The notes below the pieces were generated by a model. The model was not told where the DNA came from. It ran no database searches and saw only the letters and a list, made by a program, of their open reading frames with translations. DNA of 61,045 nucleotides, counting the filler. It is 10 parts of 10 records of this genome, joined end to end, with 100 filler letters (N's around TTAATTAATTAA, not from the genome) between each part and the next. Parts side by side here need not be neighbours in the genome. Positions count along the whole stretch, not along the records: positions 1 to 4,549 come from SRR7504441_11383; positions 4,650 to 10,684 come from SRR7504441_11384; positions 10,785 to 16,932 come from SRR7504441_11387; 7 more parts are not named here. One strand, 5' to 3'. Below, piece by piece: positions 1 to 10,908 of this stretch (position 1 is its first letter; each line of letters opens with the position of its first letter). The position numbers and the translations under genes were made by a program.

Positions 1-165
1 TGTGTACCCATGTGGAAAGGACGATACTGTGATACCTGTGGCAACAAATTCTGCCGTCCCAAGCCTACCAAATGGGTGCGGGGCCAGGAAGGCTTTAAAT
101 CGCTGACCTCAAAGCCCACGTGCCAATGGATTCGCGACCTAGGCTGTCCGGGCGGACTCAACTAG
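1..165 (+). CDS. 3' end of a Cys-rich, EGF-like protein (partial)
   Basis: Frame 1 reads CVPMWKGRYCDTCGNKFC...LGCPGGLN-TAG(163-165). C-x-P-x-W-x-G-x-Y-C resembles the end of an EGF/laminin-EGF module. AT-rich 3' region follows. Confidence 0.5.
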   Translation, partial: CVPMWKGRYCDTCGNKFCRPKPTKWVRGQEGFKSLTSKPTCQWIRDLGCPGGLN

Positions 166-566
166 CAACACCTTTATAGTTTACTTTTACAATCATAGCA
201 CTTATAACTACGTCTTAATATTAAAATTTCGTTTAGATTGACTCGCGCGTAGAATCCGTAGATTGCTGACTCTCTAGTCTCTACCTACAGTATGCGCAGT
301 ACTAGCGCAGTACGAGTACATGTAATGTGTAAATACCGCATTTTTGAATAAAGTTTATTCTTGTGTTATGATACATGAGAAAACATTGGGATTGCACGCA
401 TGACACACACACATAAATTGCGTGCTCATGTCATGGAGGAGGTTGCAGTACGATTTGGATGAACAATCCATTGTTGGCTCTTTATGTCTGTCTATTGGCC
501 TTGAGTGGAAGGTGTGCGTGCAATGTAGTGTGAATTCAACAACTGAGTCAGTGTGAAGTTACTCAC

Positions 567-3419
567 CAATTGCTCCAGGTGTCTGTTGCCTCTGGCTCTG
601 AGTTCACCCGTCTATTCTTGACACCCTGCCAGAGCCTTCTTGTCAGCACAATTGGCGGCATGCACTAAGTTGCTAGCTAGGCAGCCAGAAACTCTGGTGT
701 TCACGAACCTCCTCAATCTTGTCCTTGATGCATCCAAGTGGGGCTGGTGCACGCGCCTTATGGTCACGATGCGGAACCAGCGACGACCGCGAAAAGCTAC
801 GGAGCTCTTTTTGCAAAGCATCGCTAATAGGCAGCTGGTTTTCTGAACACAGTGACCATGAGGCTATGGCTGGGATTGGCGCACGGCTGCCTTGTGGTGG
901 GAGGTTCTCTTTGTCAACAACTAACTTTTTGGCTGGAGCTGAGCGCCTGGATGCGGGTGCAGCAGGTGCAGGTGCAGGAGCTCTCTGCTGGGCCATAATG
1001 CTAAGTTTCGATATATCGATTGTACCATTGTCCTCCAGCTGCTGTCCAATCTCCTGTAAAGACAAGTATCAAGGCATGTGTGGGGCGCTTGATGCACCTC
1101 CGAGATCACTTTACATGCTGCAGGGTCAACAGTGATGTTTTGGACAGCTAATTGTTGTAATACTGGTAAAATGACCTCTAGTGTTGCCGCATTGACTGCT
1201 GAGCTGCCTGAAAAACCACCGCGCCGATCAATCACAGAGCTACAACGCAGCGACCTGCTGATACAGACGTCTCGGCCTGAGCCAGCCGCTTATTTGGATG
1301 CAGGAACGGGTGTTCCAGCAGTTGTGGAATGGTTGGCCTGCACAAGCAACCAATCAATTTGTACTGCAATAAACCCTGTGTGTGACGCCCTAATATTCCA
1401 CAACAATTAAAGCCCCAGTCACCGCTCTCGAGGCTCCCTGTTGAGGCATCTGGTGAGCAAATCTCGAAGATCTGGGTTGCTGTCCTCCTGGTAGGTGATC
1501 TCCCATGCCGGATTTGTGATTGCCTGAGGTAAGCAGCAAGACGCTAAGTGGGTTGGCAAGGTATTTGCTGCTGTGACCTGGATTTTCTGCACCAAGTTCT
1601 TAATCTGCGCAAAAGGTGGCGCCCCAAAGCTCATCTCATACAAGATACAGCCAAGCGACCAAACATCTGAAGCTCGCCCAATCTGACAGCAAGTCTCAGT
1701 TCCATGTACTTGACTTTTATTACAAGGACTGCTGACCTTTGATGCGCCGTTTGCTGTATTGTTTGTGTTGATGGCTTCGGGTGACATGTAGTTTAGGGTG
1801 CCCATCTGCTTCTCGCACATAATCTGCGCAGTTCCAAGGTGAGCTGCCAGTCAGTAAGGATAGCACCGATGTCGCATCGCTATTCAGTGCCCGTGCAATC
1901 CCGAAATCAATGATTTTGAGCATTCCTGCGACCAGCTCAGCAATCGCAATGGTAGCCAAGTCTCTTGAGACCTTTCACACACAGAAAGTTTGCGGGCTTG
2001 AGATCTGAATGAATAATCCTGTGCTCGTGCACGGTGTGCACCTACCCATCCGCGTTCAACACAGTAGGTGGGTCTTTCTCACCGCTTCAAGCATTTGCTG
2101 CCAGTAGAGCCTCAGGTAGTTCTCTGAAAGCCTGCAAGCAGATTATCAGACCAGCAGCTCGACTCTGGTCCCACCCGCCGTCGTGCTGTCGCAGTAGCTT
2201 CCAGAGGTCGATTTCGCCACACTCCATCACCTGAGTGCTTGCTCATCGGCCATCAAGCCGCAGCACAAGCTCACCACATTGATGGTATCCTCAGTAATTT
2301 CAGAATCCACAATCTCGACCACCGTTTTGCTCCCGGCGAACCTCTTAAGCAAGTCGATCTCCTCCATGAAGCATGCGGTGGCCACTTGGTCTGTGCACCG
2401 ATCAGTTGGAGTGCGCAGCTGTTGGCTTACCAAGGTCGGTGCACTCGACTCGCTTGAGTGCAAAGATTTTATGCTCCGGACACATGACCTAACACCAGGG
2501 CTCGCATCCCGCACCCCAGCCCGGGCACCTTGTACACCTTGGAGCTGCCACCTTTGCCTATCATCTGGAGCACATTGTAAGGCACACTGTTCACCTGCAT
2601 AGGTTCAGAATCGACACCAGGGCAATCACAACCTCAATCGTTGCCATCGGCCGGCTTTTGGGGGTCGGCACTGTAGCCTTGGGGGTGGCCTGACGCAGCA
2701 CTACAGTCGGCCTGCCCTCGGCTGCTGAGCAGGCCACCTGCTGTGGTGGTTGCGGTGTCGACTGACTTGGTCTGGGCTGGGCCGCGGCCTCGGGCACCGC
2801 CGGCAGCATCGGAGGCAGCGAAGCCGGGAGGCTCGATGGTCCAGCGGGAGTCAAGGTCGGTTGGGGGCGCAGGGCCGGGTTGGCTGGCGCCGGGGTTTTG
2901 AGCGTAACCAGAGTCTCCGAGTTTTCGTTCGACGACGAGCTGAGCGAAATGCTGGTCGATCCGCTGCCCGAGCCGCCCGAGCTGACTGATCGACCCTGCG
3001 ACGCCCGAGTCAGGCCGGGGCTGGCCGGCAGCGCACCGTGTTGGGACCGGCTTCGACTTCGGATTTGTTAGTCTCCTGCGCCCGCCGGTCAGCCGCTGGG
3101 GGCACCGGGTGGGCGCCTGGCCGTCGTCCTCGTGTGGGTTCAGTTCGGGGATCGGGGCGGTCGAATCGGCATCGGCCTTGGATACCCGCTTGGCCCCGCC
3201 CAGCAGGCCTCTGAGCGAGTTGGTTTTGCGGCCTCGCAGCCCGCCGCCTCGCCGGGCCCGCCTGCTGCTGGCGTTGCTAATGGCCACGGTGGGCTCCGGC
3301 TCTGGTCTGGGCTCCGCGGCGGCAGGTGGTTTGTCTTTGGATTTGAAGCTGATCACCTCGTCGGTCGCCTCGCCGCTGGCTGGGCTCTCGGCGGCCGCTC
3401 CCGCCGTGGGCACCACCAT
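567..3419 (-). CDS. MPS1: Mps1/TTK dual-specificity spindle-checkpoint kinase (multi-exon; 3' end approximate)
   Basis: Removing 38-46 nt GT-AG introns gives [97 protein letters not shown], which are Mps1-typical motifs. KEN box (DKENLPP) in the C-terminal tail. Likely ATG at 3419 (MVVPTAG). Confidence 0.88.
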
Positions 3420-3468
3420 CGACAAAACAAACGCTGCCAAATTTCGCAGTAACCGTCGCAACGGCAAA

Positions 3469-4194
3469 ATGGCTCGCTGCTTCGGGCTGGTCGGCGTGCT
3501 CGCGGCGCTGCTGGGGGCCACCGCCCGCGAATGCAACCCGGGCGACGTGCTCAAGCCAGGCCAGCCGGTAATTCCTGCGGACTGCGTCGAGCTGCACCTG
3601 CGCAAGGCCCCGATTGGCCCGGAGGGGTTCGGGCGGCTGCCGGAGGCCCTGCGCAAGCATCCCAAGCTGGAGCGGCTCGACCTGTCGCGGAACGAGATAA
3701 AGGACGAGCTGGCCGAGCAGATCTTTGCCAGCCTGGCCGACAACACGGTGCTCAGCGGGCTGGCCATCGAGCTCAACCAGTTCGGAGACCGGGCCGGTTC
3801 GGCGCTCGCTTCGCTGCTGGACCGGAACCGGGCGCTCGCCCAGCTGTACGTCGGGTCCAACCAGATCGAGGCCGGCGGCGTGCATCTGATCGCTGCTGCG
3901 CTAGCCAGGAACCGAGTGCTGCAGGTGCTCGACCTGGGCCGCAACTTGGTCAAAGACGAAGGGGCCGCAGCCCTGGCTGCTGCGCTACGGCGCAACTCGG
4001 TACTCCAGAAACTCTACCTCACAGCAACAGAAGTCGGACCATCAGGGGCTAAGGCACTGCTGTCCGCGATGCAGGAGAACACGGTGCTCACCGAGCTCGA
4101 GCTTGGGCACAATGGACTGGACAACAGTGTGCTGGATGAGATCAACAAGATCACCACGCGAAATCAAGAGAGGAGCGACAGGGGCGACTTATAG
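3469..4194 (+). CDS. RI/NLRC3-type leucine-rich-repeat protein with signal peptide and C-terminal RGDL
   Basis: ATG 3469, MARCFGLVGVLAALLGATA (hydrophobic leader). 28-aa repeats LxxLDLSxNxIxDxGAxxLAxAL. Ends DRGDL-TAG. Intronless. Confidence 0.8.
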   Translation: MARCFGLVGVLAALLGATARECNPGDVLKPGQPVIPADCVELHLRKAPIGPEGFGRLPEALRKHPKLERLDLSRNEIKDELAEQIFASLADNTVLSGLAIELNQFGDRAGSALASLLDRNRALAQLYVGSNQIEAGGVHLIAAALARNRVLQVLDLGRNLVKDEGAAALAAALRRNSVLQKLYLTATEVGPSGAKALLSAMQENTVLTELELGHNGLDNSVLDEINKITTRNQERSDRGDL

Positions 4195-4549
4195 TAGTGA
4201 CGACTGTACGACATTGGATCCCAGCGGAGTGCTCGATGAACTTTAAACGGCGCGTGAAGGTTAGTTAGTTGACCTTGGCGCTTATACTAATTGCGTTTCG
4301 AAAACGTACAGGACAATCATGTAAGTAATTAGTTACGACAATATCATTAAATTAAGGGATTTTCTCAAATGTGGCGGGTAGCGGGAGTGAGTCTCCAGTT
4401 GTGGAGGCTTAGTGTGTTCGAGGCCGAGAAGCCACAAATACTACGTTACTACCGGAAGCTCGGTTGTGGATGGTGTAAGAAGATGGTGTTCTAGGAGGGG
4501 AGAGGATCTGCTTCAAGGAGAGGGCGGGTATGCATGAGAGTGCCCTTCG

Positions 4550-4649
4550 NNNNNNNNNNNNNNNNNNNNNNNNNNNNNNNNNNNNNNNNNNNNTTAATTA
4601 ATTAANNNNNNNNNNNNNNNNNNNNNNNNNNNNNNNNNNNNNNNNNNNN
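4550..4649. other. Artificial contig linker
   Basis: N44-TTAATTAATTAA-N44 (stops in all six frames), identical at all nine junctions. Confidence 0.98.
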
Positions 4650-7600
4650 CGCCAGCTGTGCTCCGGCTGCGCCTGCCCGCAGTGAAGGACGCCGTGTTCG
4701 CCAAGGTGAACATCGAGCTTAAGGACGTACAGTTGGTTCTGCTCGCGCCGCACTCGGAGGCCTACGATGGCGACAGCAATGCCTGCTGCCCGGTCGCCAG
4801 GAGGAAGCGCCAAGCCGCGCAGGCAGCGGCGGAGCGCGCGGAGCAGCTCGAAGAAGAACTTAGGCTGTCGGATGACGGGAGGCAAGGCTCTTCGTTCTGT
4901 TCGTGCGCGGTACGGCGGGAGCTGGAGGCGAGGGCCTCGGCTGCCAGGGCCGAGGCGGACGAGCTGGGAGCCGAGGGGGGCGAGTGCGAGGTCGAGTCGA
5001 GTTGGGTGCGGGGGGTGAAGGCACCTTTTCAAGGGTTTGCTAAGGCCATTCTGGCGTGCGATGCGGTGTGACGGTGGTGGCAGATGGGGCTGGACAACCT
5101 CACACTGACAATCGACTCGGGGTTCACTAAGAAAATGGACTTTAATAATCTGGCGGTCAACGTCACTATCTCAAAGCCCGTGATCAAAATCGGGCCCGCA
5201 GTGTGTGCGGATGCCGGCTGATGCTCAGTCGGCGGGCAGGACCTGGTTGTCACGTCAGCCAAGGATAGCAAGCAGCAAACTAGAGCGGAGGCTGCCGCCC
5301 GTGCGGCCAGCAAGCACGCAGAAGCCAAGGCCAAGGAGCTGGCCGAGTTGAGGGAATCAGCTAGTGAGGATGACCCACGAGTAGTGAGACTCGTAGCAGA
5401 TGCATTTGCAGCCAAGCAGCAGGCAGATAGGGCGCGGGCGGGACTGGGCAAACTGGAGTTTGGCTGGGGGTGGCTGGGCAGGCCGAGGGAGGAGGATTAC
5501 GTCGGGCGGTATAATCAGTTCGTTGAGGACACTAAAGCAGCGGTCGAGCAACGCAGGCTAATCAACCGACACTTGATGTGGGTGCCGGTGATCACGGGTG
5601 GACTCAGCAGTTTTGTGAGACAGGTGGAAATTCATCAGTGTGATCGAAGTGCGTCCGGATCCTTTCATGGACAGCCACGAGGGCGACATGTACGACATGG
5701 CAATCTCATTCAAGTACTTGAGTCAGAAATGGTACCTTGTTGAGGTGAGATTTGACAGGGCGTTTCAGATCCGGTGGGGCTTGGCCTCTGCCCGGCGAGC
5801 GGCGGCCAGGTGCGGGCCTGCAGGCAGGACCAAGCGAATATTTGGGCTGCGCACTCGGTGCCAGCAGAGCCGATCAGCGCTGTCGGTGTATTTGACTAAC
5901 CTGTCGTTGGAGATTGTAAACAAGTGAGTGAATGTCGGGGATGACGTTACTGGGGTGAGCAGGAGCAGTGGATTGGACCAGGACCAAAAGCATCTCCTCA
6001 AAGGCTACAGCCCGTACCTGCTCAACTCGGAGCTTCGACTGGTACGGCCCAGCGCCAGCCTAGCATGCATTGGGCGATGGGCAGGTCTACAAAAGCGCGC
6101 TGACTGTAGTCACGGCGGGTGAGTTTGTGCTCGTTACAATGTACGACGATATCATGATTGCTGCGGGTGCCGCTTGAAAGCAGCGCTATGCTGAGCTGGT
6201 TGAGCAGCGTACGTGGCGAGGCACATGCCTGATGAGCATTCGGAGCACGAGGGGGATCTCAGTCCTGAGGAAGAGCTCAGCCAGGATGAGAAAGACGACG
6301 AGGAAAGGGAGCTGCTTCTCGATGAGCTGTTCAACGCATTCGACCTGCAGTTTACACACGCGATCAACGCTGACGACTTCATGCAACTAGGCATTGCTTC
6401 CAGAACGCTTGAAATTGGGTATGGGGACTACTGGAATGAAGCTCGTATCTCTGAAATGATGAAGATGATGGACATGGATGGCAATCGGCAGGTGGACAAG
6501 AGTGAGTTCATAACAGGTTTCAAAAAGTGGCTTGGCGAGGAAACCCAGGGCGACATGAAAGAATTCCGCACTGCGGTGAACAAAGGTAAGGTGGTGGCCG
6601 GCTACGTTCGGACGGGTCACGTTGATATGACGCTGCTTGAGGCCGCATCCATCGATCCTGAGCAAGACAAGCTAGAAGGGGTGGATCCGTTGCTACAAGT
6701 GATTCCAGCAACCATCTTTACGCATAGTCGAAAATCTCTTGATTCACGGAAGCACGCCATCCACCAAATTCTGAGAAGACCAGAGGACAAGAGACACGCG
6801 ATCGACCACCCGGGTCAGAGCATACACACAACGTACCACCAGGATTCCGGTCAGACCAGTCCCTCGGCCTCCAATGACGAGGAGTTATTCAAATATTACC
6901 TCCCAAGAGATCCAGGTGACGTGCGAATCATCCTGGATCTAGAAGAAAAAATCTTGATCAGCAGTGTTGAGCTTTGTGCGATCCCCTCATGGGCTCTTGA
7001 GGCAGAGGGCCTCGCGTCTAGCACTACACACGTGAGCATCGAGGTCAACTGATCTAGACCCAAAGTATATTATATGACAGCTTGTGTTGCAGGTGGCTGA
7101 ACGTGCACAAGTGTTGCTAGCTGATGTGGGCGAAGGAGTGCCAACCGAAAGTCCCATGCCGAACGGCGCAAGACAGCCAGAGCCCCAGCGTGGCTGTGGT
7201 AGCGATGAGCAGTGCTGCGCCTCCAGCAAACAAAACAAGCCAGTGTTGGAGCCCGAGAAAGTGCCAATGTTGCATAGAGAAGTTGTGGAACTGGGGAGTG
7301 AGCCAGTCAAGCACTTATTGAGTAAGGCGAATGCAAAGACCCCCTGTCAGTATATACAGCTCAAATTGTGTAATTCCGGAAATGATGAATGTAACCATGG
7401 TGCTTCTTGTGGACTTTATTACGTACAGATTGTAGGCAAGCAAGTGGATCCCGGCCGCAAAGGCATGGCCATCTGCGCGAGGGGCAAGGCGCCTGTTTTG
7501 CTGCTCCCTGGTGATTCAGTGTCCAATAATCACGGCGAAGAGGTGACATGTATTGAGTTCAACCTCGGTGACTTCTGCCTTGACAACCACGGTGCCACTT

Positions 7601-10600
7601 GCCCGCTTATTGGAAACGCTCATTTGTGTGTTCAGGCACATTCTACAAAGCGCAGATGCATTACGCTTACTCTCGGGGAGGTGCAAACTATGCTAAGGGC
7701 ATGACTGGAGAAGAGGGCATACGCAACAATCGCTTTAAGTACACCTTTGGGTTAAAGAGCACCGTGAAAGACACACCGGATAGGCCCATGTCTTTCGTAC
7801 TCTTGAGTAAGTACATTAGACAGTACACCCCTTGCTCCACAGCCACCTTTCAAAAGCTGTTTGGGCTCGCGGAACAGCTCCGTGCCAGTGGTGGTAGTCC
7901 TTCTGACGGGCAGTCAGATCTCATGAGTGAAGCTATACATCAATTACACGAAGACGATTTCGACGAGTTCTACTCGCCAAGGCATTTGTCACCCACCGGA
8001 GAGGATGCAATGAAAGGCTTAACGGAGCTGAGTGAACAAAGCCCATCACCAGACAAAACCGAGGAGCTTGCGCGCGCGGATGCGCTATCTCATCATACAG
8101 CGCAGGAGCAAGCTTGGAACGATTATGTTCTGTCTATCATGGAGGATGACAACGACGATTTCGTGTATGAAGCCCGGCCGATGCCAGCCCTTTGTGATTC
8201 TACCGAATGGAGCAGAGACAAGAACGATTACGGAGAATTCCCTGATTATCTGGTCAGTTTAGATGCTGACGAAAATAGTCTTACATGGTCAGATCCTGTT
8301 TGCTACGTGGCGACTTCGCCTGGATCCACAATACACCGATCAGATCTTTACATCAGGTACTTATCGGCACGGTGATTGTACTGATAGCGATCTCAGGTAT
8401 CTTCCAAGCGTCCATACAGTGGAAACCTTGTGCCTGCCATTGTCTTGCGCGTTTGCTCTAAAGACCAGTTTGATCCCTGCAGTCTACAAGGTCATACAAG
8501 AGGTGATACCGTCCATGCGTGCCACAACTGCGGACACCGCAAATCTCAGCGAAATGTCGGATCAAGCCCGGGCTGATGCCCTCTCTCTGATGTCACCCGA
8601 ACAACGAGGCCATGCTCTCTTTGCTATTGACCTGTCAAACGAGCACACCACTCAAGACGCCAGGAGAAGGACCTTAGAATTAATGGCACCCCAACGGATC
8701 GCTCAAATGGCTCGTAGCTTTAGGTTTAAAGATGAACGAGATCAAACCCTGGGTTTATTATCTCCTGCGTTGAAGGCCAAGGTGCTTCAAGCTATGAAAG
8801 ACGTAGAGCACCTGCCACAGCTGACTGAGATATTCAGCACCAAAACTCTGACTAGATTCAACGATGTATTCAACCAGCTTAAGATAACAAACTGGTTATG
8901 GCTGAAATTTGTGTACCATATGAACTTCAGGGCTGCCATTATGATCGAGCCAGAATCAAACGTACAAGTCACAAAAGGCGACGGGGGAGCCATACAGGTG
9001 GACGTCGTCTTCCCAAGGATGACTTGGCACCTTCCCGACAGATCGGTGAGACACTGGCGAGGGGACGAACACTCGGACGATTTGCAGAAGCTCCTTAATC
9101 TCTGGCAGAGTGTGAAGAAACTCAAATCGACCCCAAGAGCAGTTTCAGCGCCACTGGCCCGGGAAATGGCTGAGAAGATCAAGGAGATGCTGACCAAAGT
9201 CGAGGAAGGCACGATGTCTGTTAAAGAGACTATTGATTGGAAGTTAGCGGGTGACGACAAAGTGGCCCATGAGCTTATGCTGCGCAAGGCGCTGTGCTGC
9301 GCTCAGCAACTCTCTTCAGACATTACGATCATATCACCTACGCCCCCAGGCAAAGCCGGCTACCAGGGCCGGCTTGTCTATTCGTTGAAGCCAGCAACCG
9401 GCAACAAGGAAGTCTCCGCAACAGTCACACTTTCGCTCCCAACTGTCCGCATAGCGCTGGATGCTGGCGCAAGGAAGGCGGCCAATTTCGACATGGAGCG
9501 TGAGTGCCCTGGCTACGCAAAGTTGATTGTCTTGCTGGTACAGATTTTAAGATGGTCTTGGATACCATGACGGGCAATTGTGGCCTGTACTTTACATCTC
9601 TGGCGGTCATGTCTCGACTTAATGGAGTTGAAGTGTGTATTGCCTGAGTGCCTGTCGGAACTGACTTACATCTTTCAGGTCGGAGATTGGTTGAAGCTCA
9701 ATCTCGACTTTGGTAGTGACGCTTTCACGGACATTGATGACTACTTTAAGCGAACCATCAGCGAGATCACTGCAGGCCCAGACATCTTCGAGGAGGAAGA
9801 AAGCACAGGCCCAGAATTTTGGCCGTTCTTAGAGCTCAGATGGAATTCTTGCCCTCAAGTTACTTTCTGTTTTGCCAAGCACCAAACTGAGTATCCCAGT
9901 TTGTTTCTTTCGTGGACACTGACAGCATTAGGCGACGTGTACGGCGCGACCTTTGCATTCAGCAATGCGTTCTCAGATGGAGGAATTGCCAATTTTCTGA
10001 AGGCAAAGGCAGATGAGCTGGTTGGCAAGGAGCCAGCACAGGCTGCAGTTGCTCTTGCTCTGATGCCGCCCAATCGGAGCTCTCAAGTAATTCTTATGAT
10101 GCTTCGTAACAAAGACAAAATGCAGCTAACGCCATCAAACGCAGCAGCAATGCTCCGATTTGAAATGACCTCAGACTCAGTAAAGCAAGGACTTTTGAGT
10201 GCCGCGGAATGGGAAAGGATAGATCAATGGAAGGCTCTCAATCGTGGCGTCCGTAAATGGCCGGATGCTGTATTGAGGACCATGACCCCAGAGGAGAGAA
10301 CTGAATTACTCTATGACATGTCCGAAGAGGAAAGGCTTATACTGCTGGATACCCTGGAAATCTATGATCGGATAAAGACGAGCTACGAATTGAAGAAGCG
10401 AGGCCATATCACCGAGGAAGCAGCAAGGTTGGCTTGCATGTCCGCTGATGAAAGGACCTCTGAATTGCGTGCGATGAAACCAGAAAAAAGGCATGTCATC
10501 ATCAATGCCTTGCCTGTAGAGATTAGAGGTGTCCATGATGGCGAGCGAGCTGCTTTAAACAATCAATGGGGCTTCCAGATGTCTGGCCTTAGTCAGGTGA

Positions 10601-10684
10601 TGCTTCACATGCACAACATTCAACCAAGCCTCGGCTGGCTGAATCGTTCAGGTCTTTGTTACATCTTATGCTCTGTAATCGCAC
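4650..10684 (+). CDS. Large multi-exon protein of unknown function with an EF-hand pair and MgtE-N-like helical repeats (partial at both ends)
   Basis: Consecutive + ORFs (6213, 7084, 7599, 8263, 9580) join in frame via short GT-AG introns, e.g. 8357-8396 gives YIR|YLPS. EF-hand loop DMDGNRQVDKSEF; repeats MTPEERTELLYDMSEEER and MSADERTSELRAMKPEKR. Confidence 0.6.
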
Positions 10685-10784
10685 NNNNNNNNNNNNNNNN
10701 NNNNNNNNNNNNNNNNNNNNNNNNNNNNTTAATTAATTAANNNNNNNNNNNNNNNNNNNNNNNNNNNNNNNNNNNNNNNNNNNN
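10685..10784. other. Artificial contig linker
   Basis: N44-TTAATTAATTAA-N44. Confidence 0.98.
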
Positions 10785-10908
10785 CAAGCTCAGTAGAATA
10801 GAGTGTTTAATTAATTCTATTTAGAATTTGTACTGTTGCCCGAAAGCTTCACAATCAAGTACAAGCTTGGCTTTTGCTGCTCGATTTCGAGCCACAAAGC
10901 AAGAGCGC

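Noticed and set aside
1400-2650. Apparent frameshifts and in-frame stops suggesting pseudogenes or an alternative genetic code (also in LIAS and the SET gene)
   Set aside because: All are resolved by short GT/GC-AG introns that restore conserved motifs. TAA, TAG and TGA are all used as true stops.
3109-3995. Apparent long overlap of opposite-strand ORFs (453 aa and 361 aa)
   Set aside because: Each ORF is extended by antisense read-through of the other gene. With ATGs at 3419 and 3469 there is no overlap.
4594-4605. TTAATTAATTAA palindrome recurring nine times as a possible repeat or regulatory element
   Set aside because: Always centred in 44+44 Ns; it is an artificial six-frame-stop contig linker.
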